From the NCBI GenBank assembly GCA_963815195.1, contig CAWFGE010000023.1, positions 96,001 through 160,000 on the forward strand: a DNA stretch of 64,000 bases, in the 5' to 3' direction. The stretch's first letter is position 1. Every line of letters begins with the position of its first letter. This DNA is from an uncultured Planctomycetaceae bacterium. Lineage in GTDB: Bacteria > Planctomycetota > Planctomycetia > Planctomycetales > Planctomycetaceae. A program made the position numbers and the translations under genes. Of this stretch, positions 1 to 8,073 are shown in pieces. Below the pieces are notes generated by a model. It did no database searches. It was not told where the DNA came from and worked only from the letters and a program-made list of their open reading frames with translations.

Positions 1-1295
1 GGCACGAGCACGAAATCGCGACCGCCGACCAAACAAAGCGAAAGCTCGAATCCGACCAAGAGATCAAAGCCAAGACCGGCGAGATCGCGGCTTTAATCAA
101 AGAAGCCAACGCGGCACTTTTGACGAGCATGAAAGAAGGGGCCAAGCTCCCCGCGAAGCCGGAAGAGCATTATCCCGACGAAACCAAGAAGCAGCTCAAA
201 GGGTTGCGGGCGGAACTCGCCGCGATCCAAAAAGCCGCCCCGGCGATGCCCACGGCGATGGGCGTCGAAGAAGGCCAGATCGCCAACGTCCCCGTGCACC
301 AGCGAGGCAGTCATTTGTCGCTCGGAAAAATCGTGCCCCGGCGGTTTCCCTTGGTGCTGGCTTCTGAAAAATCCCCTTCGATTCCGCAGGAAGCCAGCGG
401 CCGATTGCAACTGGCCCAATGGCTGACGAAGCCGGACCATCCGCTGACCGCGCGGGTGATCGTCAACCGCGTCTGGCGGTGGCATTTCGGGCGGGGCCTG
501 GTGGATTCCACGGACAACTTCGGCGAGCTGGGTTCGGACCCATCGCATCCCGAACTCTTGGATTGGCTCGCGGGGCGATTGATCGATTCCGGCTGGTCGC
601 TTAAATCCCTGCACCGGTCGATTGTCACCTCCAGCACCTATCGCCAAGGCTCGGAAGTCGATCACAAGAAACTTGTCGAGCAAAAGATCAATGTGATCGA
701 TCCCGAGAACCGCTACCTTTGGCGGGCGAACGTGCGGCGGTTGGAGGCGGAGGCGATTCGGGATTCGCTCTTGGCCGTCAGTGGAAAATTGGATCCTGCG
801 ATGGGCGGTTCGCTGCTCAACACGGAAAACCGCAAGCACGTTTTCGATCACACGTCGAAAGACAACACCAAGTACGATGCCCCCCGCCGATCGGTGTATC
901 TGCCGATCGTCCGCAATCATTTGTACGACATGTTTCAGTTGTTCGACTACACGGACGCCAGCATGGTCAACGGCAACCGCACGACCAGCACCGTCGCCCC
1001 GCAGGCTTTGTTTCTGATGAACGCGGAGTTCGTCAGCGAATCCGCCCAGGGCTTGGCGTCGCGGTTGATCGAAAACGCAACGTCCGACGCCGACCGAATC
1101 GAGAACCTGTATGGGCTCGCGTTGGGCCGGCGACCAAGTGCCAAGGAAACCTCGCGAATGAAAACCTTTCTGGCAAAGTTTCGCCAAGCGCTCGCCGATG
1201 GAAAACAAACCGATGCGAACACCCTCGAACATCAAACCTGGGCCACGCTCTGCCAGGTGGTTTTGGTGTCGAACGAATTTGTCACGATCCCCTAA
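1..1295 (+). CDS. PSD1/DUF1553 domain protein (planctomycete cytochrome-c-associated family), 5'-truncated by the window edge
   Basis: Frame is open from base 3. DUF1553 motifs SGRLQLAQWL, HPLTARVIVNRVWRWHFGRGLV, PSHPELLDWLA, RRLEAEAIRD, RRSVYL, PQALFLMN. Followed by a DUF1501 gene. Confidence 0.9.
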   Translation, partial: HEHEIATADQTKRKLESDQEIKAKTGEIAALIKEANAALLTSMKEGAKLPAKPEEHYPDETKKQLKGLRAELAAIQKAAPAMPTAMGVEEGQIANVPVHQRGSHLSLGKIVPRRFPLVLASEKSPSIPQEASGRLQLAQWLTKPDHPLTARVIVNRVWRWHFGRGLVDSTDNFGELGSDPSHPELLDWLAGRLIDSGWSLKSLHRSIVTSSTYRQGSEVDHKKLVEQKINVIDPENRYLWRANVRRLEAEAIRDSLLAVSGKLDPAMGGSLLNTENRKHVFDHTSKDNTKYDAPRRSVYLPIVRNHLYDMFQLFDYTDASMVNGNRTTSTVAPQALFLMNAEFVSESAQGLASRLIENATSDADRIENLYGLALGRRPSAKETSRMKTFLAKFRQALADGKQTDANTLEHQTWATLCQVVLVSNEFVTIP

Positions 1296-1304
1296 GAATT
1301 CCTC

Positions 1305-1527
1305 AGCCGCGGAGCGGCGACAGCAGATAGCTGCGGGCGCAAGCCCGCAGAGAATGAAAGAAAGAGAATCAGGAAGCGGCGACAGCAATAGATCTCTAGG
1401 AAAATGGGTGAGGTTCAATGCGATTCGTGAAGAAGTGCTGCCGCCGCTTCGCGGCTCATAGGAGCTTGGTGGGCTTTGGAGCTGCAGGCTGACGCCTGCA
1501 GCTATCTGCTGCCGCCGCTTCGCGGCT
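1305..1527. repeat. Long inverted-repeat REP/REPIN-like element (46-bp arms 1305-1350 and 1482-1527, plus two partial internal copies)
   Basis: agccgcggagcggcgacagcagatagctgcgggcgcaagcccgcag pairs with the reverse complement of ctgcaggctgacgcctgcagctatctgctgccgccgcttcgcggct. Partial copies at about 1373-1391 and 1436-1456. Confidence 0.85.
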
Positions 1528-1585
1528 AAGACATCTCCTTCGTGCCTTCGTGGTTCAAATCAAGTTTTTAGAGATTGTTGACATC

Positions 1586-3013
1586 GTGACAAAACAAAAC
1601 GAAGACCGAATCCTCTCCTCGCATTCGGGCCTGTTGACCCGGCGGGGCATGCTCCGGCGGAGCGCTTTAGGTTTTGGCTGGCTGGCGGCGGCTTCGATGC
1701 TGGCGAAAGAACAAGCCTTCGCCGAGACTTCGCTGCCGCAGGCGCACCTTCGTCCGCGAGCGAAGCGGGTGATCTTCCTGTTCATGAAGGGCGGGCCTTC
1801 GCATGTCGATACCTTCGACTACAAGCCCAAACTCCAGGCGGAAGACGGCAAGCCGTTCCCCTTCGAGAAACCCCGCGTGCAGTTCGCCCCCACGAACAAC
1901 CTGCTGAAATCGCCCTGGAAATTTCGGCAGCACGGCGAGAGCGGGCAGTGGGTCAGCGAACTCTTCCCCAACGTCGCCGGGTGCGTGGACGATCTGTGCT
2001 TTATCAAATCGGTCCACGGGACAAACGCCGCGCACGGCGGGGCGCTTTTGAAACTCCACACCGGCAGCGACACGTTCGTCAGGCCCAGCATGGGCTCTTG
2101 GATTCTTTATGGGCTGGGCAGCGAGAACGAAAACCTGCCGGGCTTTATCACGATCTGCCCCACGCTCGCCCACGGGGGCGTCAAGAACTGGAGTTCCGCA
2201 TTTCTCCCCGCCCGCTATTCTGGCACGCCTTTGGGCAACGCGAGCCTTCCTTCCACCGAAGCCCACGTGAAGTACATCAACAGCAAACTCCCGCAAGATG
2301 TCCAGCGAATGCAACTGGACTTGCTCAAAGAGATGAACCGCGATCACCTGGCGGGCACGGGGGCCAATCAAATGCTCGAAAGCCGGATCGAATCCTTCGA
2401 ATTGGCGTTTCGGATGCAGTCGGCGATGCCGGAAGTTTCCGATCTCAGCCGGGAGACCCAGGCCACGCAGGACATGTATGGATTAGGCGATCCCATGACC
2501 GCCGACTTCGGCCGGCAGTGTTTGCTCGCCCGGCGGTTTTCCGAGCGGGGGGTGCGGTTCGTGCAGGTCACGCACAGCGATACCAAAGTGCAATGGGACC
2601 AGCATTCGGACCTCAAGGAAGGCCACGGAAAAAACGCCCGCGAAGTCGATCAGCCGATCGCGGCTTTGCTCAAGGATCTCAAGCAGCGGGGCCTCTTGGA
2701 TGACACGCTGGTGATGTGGGGCGGCGAGTTCGGCCGCACGCCGACGGCCCAGGGCAAAAACGGCCGGGATCATAACCCCGAAGGCTTTACGATGTGGTTC
2801 GCGGGCGGCGGCGTGAAGCCGGGCTTTTCCTACGGCGCGACCGACGACTACGGCTATTTCGCCAGCGTCGATCCCGTGCACATTCACGATGTCCACGCCA
2901 CGCTGCTTTACCTGTTGGGCCTGGAACACGAGCGGTTGACCTATCGTTTCGCGGGCCGCGATTTCCGCCTCACCGATGTCGCGGGGCATGTCGTCTCGGA
3001 TATAATGGCCTGA
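1586..3013 (+). CDS. DUF1501 family (sulfatase-like, Tat-signal) protein
   Basis: TRRGML Tat-like N-terminus, AKRVIFLFMKGGPSHVDTFDYKP, WDQH, GEFGRTP, GRDHN, GRDFRLTDV. Start uncertain (1550/1586/1649). Confidence 0.9.
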   Translation: MTKQNEDRILSSHSGLLTRRGMLRRSALGFGWLAAASMLAKEQAFAETSLPQAHLRPRAKRVIFLFMKGGPSHVDTFDYKPKLQAEDGKPFPFEKPRVQFAPTNNLLKSPWKFRQHGESGQWVSELFPNVAGCVDDLCFIKSVHGTNAAHGGALLKLHTGSDTFVRPSMGSWILYGLGSENENLPGFITICPTLAHGGVKNWSSAFLPARYSGTPLGNASLPSTEAHVKYINSKLPQDVQRMQLDLLKEMNRDHLAGTGANQMLESRIESFELAFRMQSAMPEVSDLSRETQATQDMYGLGDPMTADFGRQCLLARRFSERGVRFVQVTHSDTKVQWDQHSDLKEGHGKNAREVDQPIAALLKDLKQRGLLDDTLVMWGGEFGRTPTAQGKNGRDHNPEGFTMWFAGGGVKPGFSYGATDDYGYFASVDPVHIHDVHATLLYLLGLEHERLTYRFAGRDFRLTDVAGHVVSDIMA

Positions 3014-3188
3014 TCGAGTGGCGACCGGCGGCGAATGCGTTGTCAACGCCAAGTCCGGTTCGAACTGCTAAAAACCGGGGCGGACCAGCCTGCGGGCGGT
3101 GCCCCCCGGCGGCTAATCGATTAAGTCCCATTATCAATCATATTCCAACGCCTGCAGCCGTCGGTGCGAGTTCTCGCCGAGGGATGAC

Positions 3189-4943
3189 ATGCCAGACCAG
3201 AGCGCGCCGAATTTCTATCAACTCATGCTCGGATTGCCGGCGGATGTGACCGCGCCGGACCATTATCAGCTCTTAGGGCTGGAACGGTTTGCGGAGGGGA
3301 ACGAAGCCATCCGAGCGGCCGCGGCGGATCAGAACGGGAAGCTGTTGAGCTGGCAGAATTCCAAGTATTACAAGGAAGCCGGGCGGCTGATGCTGGAGTT
3401 GGCCAAAGCCCGCGGGGTGCTGCTCAATCCCGAACAAAAGCTCGCCTATGACGAAGAACTGGGAGGCTTCGACGAGCCTGTGATCCTTTTGGAGGAGGCT
3501 GCGGACGAAGAGCCGATCGTCTTAACTGCCGTGGCCGAGGAACCGCGGCCGGTCGCGGCCCGGCCGAGGCGACCCCGGCGACCCGCCGCCCGCCGCGAAA
3601 TGCGCCGCCGGGCCGCGCGGGCATTTCGGTTCCCCGCCCAATGGAGCGTAATCGTCGGCAGCGTGCTGAGCGTGTTGGGCATCGGAGCGCTCGCCTGGTC
3701 CGCGTGGAATGGACGGGAGAGAGCGCCCTCAGCAGTTCCGCTCTCGGTGAATGGCGAGAATGTTTCCGGCAAAAATTCCGCGCCGGGCAATGCGGTCCCC
3801 ATCGCGAACACGCCGGACGGGAACGCCCCGCCGCTGGCGGTGGCTCCGTTTGATGAACCCGCCGCCGCCCTGCACCAGGCGGCCTGGGCGAAGCATGAAA
3901 ACGTCCCGGTGGAAGCCGAGACTTCCATCGGCATGAAGTTGCGGTTAATTCCTGCGGGCGAGTTCTTGATGGGCATCCCGCTCGGTGAACCCGGCCCCCG
4001 CACGGGTGCACCGCCGCATCGCGTGCGGATCACCCGGCCCTTTTATCTCAGCCGGAATGAAGTCACCACGGAGCATTATGTGCAAGTGTTGGGAAACTCG
4101 GCCCCGTTGTCCCGGTCGGCCCAGGCCCAACTCGATTTCCAGCGGGACTGGCCGATGCTGAAAGTCACGTTGTACGACGCCATGAACTTCTGCAATCGGC
4201 TCAGCGAAGAAGAAGGGCGGCCGCCCTATTACACTCTGGAAAACACATCTCAGTTGGCCGGCAGCAACCTGGGAACGAGGACGATCCGCACGGCGACATT
4301 CAAAATCAACGGGGGACCGGGCTATCGCTTGGCCACCGAAGCGGAGTGGGAATTCGCCTGCCGGGCCGGGACGACGACGGCCACGCATTTCGGCGATTCG
4401 CTCTCGGTGGGCCAGGCCAATATCCTTATGGGGTATGGCAAAAATGGCGGTGCCCCGAACACGGGACCACGGCGCACCCAGCCCGTGGGTTCTTATAAGC
4501 CAAACGCATTCGGCCTTTACGACATGCACGGAAACGCCGACGAGTGGTGCATCGATGCGCTGTCCCACAGGATCGAAAACCGTCCCCTCGTCGAAGATCC
4601 CCTTGTCGAGCGTTCCAATCAATCCTCGGGCATGTTTTGTGTTCGCGGCGGGAGTTTTCTTAGCCCCGGCGAGTTGTGCCGGTCCGGGTTCCGCCGGGGC
4701 CTGCCGCCGGAGGCGATGACCGCTCCCGTGGGCATCCGCGTGGCCCGCGATGTTTCCGGGCCGCTCCCAAAGGCCGCGAAGATTTTCGGCTCTCCGCAAA
4801 CTTCCGAAACAGCGAAAGTCGAAACGCCGGCCGATGCCGATGCCTCCAACGCACGGCCACTCGCCAAGAACCCTTTCGACGCGGAACAAGCGGCGCAGCA
4901 TCAGGCCGCCTGGGCGAATTTTATCTTGGCGCGCATGAAGTGA
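3189..4943 (+). CDS. Formylglycine-generating-enzyme (SUMF1/FGE-sulfatase) domain membrane protein with N-terminal J-like domain
   Basis: N-terminal PDHYQLLGL...RGVLLNPEQKLAYD, one TM segment, then SIGMKLRLIPAGEF, GYRLATEAEWEFACRAG, PNAFGLYDMHGN, RGGSF, GIRVAR. Confidence 0.85.
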   Translation: MPDQSAPNFYQLMLGLPADVTAPDHYQLLGLERFAEGNEAIRAAAADQNGKLLSWQNSKYYKEAGRLMLELAKARGVLLNPEQKLAYDEELGGFDEPVILLEEAADEEPIVLTAVAEEPRPVAARPRRPRRPAARREMRRRAARAFRFPAQWSVIVGSVLSVLGIGALAWSAWNGRERAPSAVPLSVNGENVSGKNSAPGNAVPIANTPDGNAPPLAVAPFDEPAAALHQAAWAKHENVPVEAETSIGMKLRLIPAGEFLMGIPLGEPGPRTGAPPHRVRITRPFYLSRNEVTTEHYVQVLGNSAPLSRSAQAQLDFQRDWPMLKVTLYDAMNFCNRLSEEEGRPPYYTLENTSQLAGSNLGTRTIRTATFKINGGPGYRLATEAEWEFACRAGTTTATHFGDSLSVGQANILMGYGKNGGAPNTGPRRTQPVGSYKPNAFGLYDMHGNADEWCIDALSHRIENRPLVEDPLVERSNQSSGMFCVRGGSFLSPGELCRSGFRRGLPPEAMTAPVGIRVARDVSGPLPKAAKIFGSPQTSETAKVETPADADASNARPLAKNPFDAEQAAQHQAAWANFILARMK

Positions 4944-5169
4944 CGACCGGCATGATCTCGGATTTTATCTGAGATCGCCCATCGAGGATCCGGTGTGCGA
5001 AAAAGCATCTAACCTATGTGTGGTTCGCGGGGGATCGTTTCGGGGGAGTTATCACTGCCGATCCGCGTTTCGTGGTTTTGACCTGGAGCAGGATGTGGCA
5101 GATATTGGCTTTCGCGTCGCGCGGAGTCTCCAGGAACCGGCTTTGACAGACTCAACGGATGTCCCTTGA
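4919..5169 (+). pseudogene. Remnant of a second FGE-sulfatase domain (internally deleted, frameshifted)
   Basis: 4919-4945 encodes FYLGAHEVT. 4945-5169, in another frame, encodes DRHDLGFYLRSPIEDP...VVRGGSF...CRSAFR...IGFRVARS, the conserved end of FGE domains. Confidence 0.75.
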
Positions 5170-5303
5170 AACCGAATCGGTTCTTCACGCGGATTGCCGG
5201 CCCAAAGCGTCGTCGGTCAGAAACGGTTCTCGTTCGGCATCATCCCTTTCAGCACGTCCATCGCGGCTTTTGCATCGCCCTCTTCAATCGCCTTTTCGAC
5301 CGC

Positions 5304-5810
5304 TTAGCGCGTCGGTTGCGAGATCTGCTCGATCGACAAGAGCGCGATGCGGGCCAATCGGCGTTCGACACCGCGGGCGGCTTCGCGCAATGCGGGCAGG
5401 GCTTCCCGGGCGTCCGGGCCGATTTTGCCCAAGGCCCACGCCGCCCGCTGCCGACTGTGCGAGTGGGGATTGTGGCGAAGCGCATCAATGAGGATCGGCA
5501 CGGCGGGGGCGGCGTCCGCTTGCAATCGGCCCAGAAGCGTAATCGCCCAGTACGAGACGTCCGCATCTTCGGCCGACACCAGCCCGCGAAGCGCGTTCAA
5601 ATCGCCCGCGGCGGGAACGCCGATGCTCTCGAGCGCCACGACCACCCACTCCCGCACGCTTTCGTTCGTGGTCCCAACCGCGTGCACCAAAGGCACCGCC
5701 GCGGATTGGGCGTCGCATCCCATTTGGGCCAAGCGCTGGGCGGCCTCGGCCTTCACCACCACATTGGGCGAGTCGAGTTTTTCAACGCACTTCGAAACAT
5801 CGGCCGGCAT
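5304..5810 (-). CDS. HEAT-repeat (PBS lyase-like) protein
   Basis: Repeating AAxxLGxIGxxAxxAVPxL units. Last gene of the minus-strand PSD1 operon. Alternative TTG start at 5837. Confidence 0.75.
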   Translation of the reverse strand: MPADVSKCVEKLDSPNVVVKAEAAQRLAQMGCDAQSAAVPLVHAVGTTNESVREWVVVALESIGVPAAGDLNALRGLVSAEDADVSYWAITLLGRLQADAAPAVPILIDALRHNPHSHSRQRAAWALGKIGPDAREALPALREAARGVERRLARIALLSIEQISQPTR

Positions 5811-5895
5811 TACTTGCAGATTCCGTTCAAAAGCCAAGTGGAAAGGGAGTCAACGCAAATGCACAAAAGAGGCGCAAAGGAAGAACAATCAATCA

Positions 5896-7401
5896 TCAAC
5901 TGATCCAGCGGTCGAGGACGTTGCCGCCTACGTCGGTCAGGCGGAAATCTCGGCCTTGGAAACGATGCGTCAGCCGCAGGTGATCGAGGCCGAACAGCTT
6001 GAGCATCGTGGCGTGCATGTCGTTGATGTGGACGGGATCCTTGGACGGTGCCCAGCCGATCTCGTCGGTCTCGCCGTAAACCTGGCCGCCCTTGATGCCC
6101 CCGCCCGCCAAAAGCACGCTGAAGGCGAACGGATGATGGTCGCGGCCGGTGTTGGCGTCGCGGCCGCCGCGGTTTTCGCCCAAGGGCGTGCGGCCGAACT
6201 CGGCTCCCCAAACCACGAGCGTTTCATCCAGGAGGCCGCGCTCTTTGAGGTCTTTGATCAGGGCCTTAACGGGTTGGTCGCTCATCCCGGCGTTGTAGGT
6301 CAGTTCCTTGTCCAGATTGGAATGGTGGTCCCAACTGGCGTGGATGATGTTCACGAACCGCACGCCGCGCTCGACCATCCGCCGGGCGAGCAGGCAGTTC
6401 TTGGCGAAGGTCTGGTAAGTGTCGGCCCCGCCGCTGCCCCGCGCTCCGAACTTGGGCGTCTCGCGATTGACGCCGTAGGCTTCGAGCGTCGCTTTCGTTT
6501 CGCCGGAGAGATCGATCAATTCGGGAGCGGACGTCTGCATGCGAAACGCCAATTCGTAGCTTGCAATTCGGCTGGCGATTTCCGGGTCGCGGGTTTGCTC
6601 GAACCGGGCCTGGTTGACGTTGCGGAGCACATCCAGACCCTTCCGCTGAAGCTCTGCCGGCAACCCGTCGGGATTGCCCAGATTCAACACCGGATCGCCC
6701 TGGTTCCGAAACCTAACGCCCGCATAGACCGACGGCAGAAACCCGCTTTGCCAGAGCGTCGCCCCGCCGCTGGAACCCCGCCCGGCCGTGAGCACCACAT
6801 AACCCGGCAGGTTTTGGGATTCGCTGCCCAGCCCATACGTCAGCCAGGAACCCATCGAGGGCAGCCCGAACGCCGCCCGGCCGCATTGCATCAGCAGTTG
6901 GCCGGGGTGATGGTTGAACTGATCGGTATGCATGCTGCGTACCAAGAGGAGTTCGTCCGCGACGCCTCCCAGGTGCGGGAGCAGATCGGAAAACTCCATC
7001 CCGCTTTCGCCGTGCTTTTTGAAGGTGCGCTTGGAACCCAAAAGCGTGGCGGAGTCTTTTTGGATGAAGGCGAACCGCACGTTTTTGAGCATCGACTCCG
7101 GCAGCTTCTGCCCGTGCATTTCGTTGAGCTTGGGCTTGGGATCGAACAGATCGATCTGGCTCGGGGCCCCCGCCATGAAGATAAAAATGCACGCCTTGGC
7201 CTTCGGCTGGAAATGCGGCTCTTTGGGAGCCAATGGATTATCGGCAGCCGCCGCAGTGTTTGCCGCGCGAACGGTCTCGGGCGTCAACACCCCGTCGGCG
7301 GCGAGCATTCCACCCAAGCCCAGCATGCCCAGGCCGCTCGCAGTGCTGGTGAGAAAATCCCGGCGAGTGTGATCGGCGAGAGAAATTTCAAAAGGCGACA
7401 T
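5896..7401 (-). CDS. DUF1501 family protein
   Basis: TRRDFL Tat motif, AKACIFIFMAGAPSQIDLFDPKP, WDHH, EFGRTP, GRDHH, GRDFRLTDV. Confidence 0.92.
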   Translation of the reverse strand: MSPFEISLADHTRRDFLTSTASGLGMLGLGGMLAADGVLTPETVRAANTAAAADNPLAPKEPHFQPKAKACIFIFMAGAPSQIDLFDPKPKLNEMHGQKLPESMLKNVRFAFIQKDSATLLGSKRTFKKHGESGMEFSDLLPHLGGVADELLLVRSMHTDQFNHHPGQLLMQCGRAAFGLPSMGSWLTYGLGSESQNLPGYVVLTAGRGSSGGATLWQSGFLPSVYAGVRFRNQGDPVLNLGNPDGLPAELQRKGLDVLRNVNQARFEQTRDPEIASRIASYELAFRMQTSAPELIDLSGETKATLEAYGVNRETPKFGARGSGGADTYQTFAKNCLLARRMVERGVRFVNIIHASWDHHSNLDKELTYNAGMSDQPVKALIKDLKERGLLDETLVVWGAEFGRTPLGENRGGRDANTGRDHHPFAFSVLLAGGGIKGGQVYGETDEIGWAPSKDPVHINDMHATMLKLFGLDHLRLTHRFQGRDFRLTDVGGNVLDRWIS

Positions 7402-7419
7402 GTTTCGGGTTCCTCAAAA

Positions 7420-8073
7420 TCAATCGTTCCACTTGTCGGCCTCGGCCAATAGTTTCGCGAAAGGCAACTCAAAGCCCGGCAATAAATCCGTCTGGTAGGT
7501 TTCGGCTTCTTTAACGACGCGGATGTTCGACCCGTCGGGACCCGGAGAATAAACCGTCATCGTGCGGTCAAAACGGTCGATGATCCAGTATTCCTTGACG
7601 CCCGCGGCGAGGTACTCGTCCCGTTTGGTTTCGTAATCGCGAATCCAATTCCGTTTCCCCGCCGAGACGAACTCCACGGCAATCGTGGGCACATCCACGC
7701 GCGGGTCCGGCAATCGACCGAGCCCCGCCCAAATCACGCGGTCGGGTTGCCGACGGCTGTTTTCGAGATGGATGTAGCGTTCCGGGAGGGTTTCATCCAG
7801 CGCGGATCCTTCGGGATGCTGATATTTGTAATGTTGCAGAAGATAGCCCAAATAGTCATTCGGCCCGGCTTGACCTTCGAGAGGAATCGGATTCACAACC
7901 AAGACTCCGTTGACCAATTCGTAGCGGTAGAGTTCATCGTAGTCCTCGATGGCATCGAATTCCTCCGGCGACATCCGCAACCCCGCCGTCTCCCAACCGA
8001 TCGGCGGCAGGGTTTGCCCGGTTGAAATCTTCTGTTGCGTTTCGGCGGTGGTCATATTTGGCTCCTTCATCAT
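7420..8073 (-). CDS. Uma2 (DUF820) family PD-(D/E)XK endonuclease-fold protein
   Basis: YRYELVNGVLV, QPD, PTIAVEFVS, RDYETKRDEYLAAGVKEYWIID, LLPGFELP. Confidence 0.9.
   Translation of the reverse strand: MMKEPNMTTAETQQKISTGQTLPPIGWETAGLRMSPEEFDAIEDYDELYRYELVNGVLVVNPIPLEGQAGPNDYLGYLLQHYKYQHPEGSALDETLPERYIHLENSRRQPDRVIWAGLGRLPDPRVDVPTIAVEFVSAGKRNWIRDYETKRDEYLAAGVKEYWIIDRFDRTMTVYSPGPDGSNIRVVKEAETYQTDLLPGFELPFAKLLAEADKWND

Noticed and set aside
93..1418. Long antisense/shadow ORFs (e.g. 93-1418, 5347-7452, 15895-17202, 35266-36855, 45694-47913, 48552-50228)
   Set aside because: They lie opposite well-supported genes and lack motifs; such ORFs are expected in high-GC DNA.
4580..5125. Diversity-generating retroelement (VR in the FGE C-terminus, TR downstream)
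   Set aside because: The two segments are similar only at protein level, the differences are not adenine-specific, the downstream copy is not AAC-rich, and there is no reverse transcriptase or Avd gene in the window.
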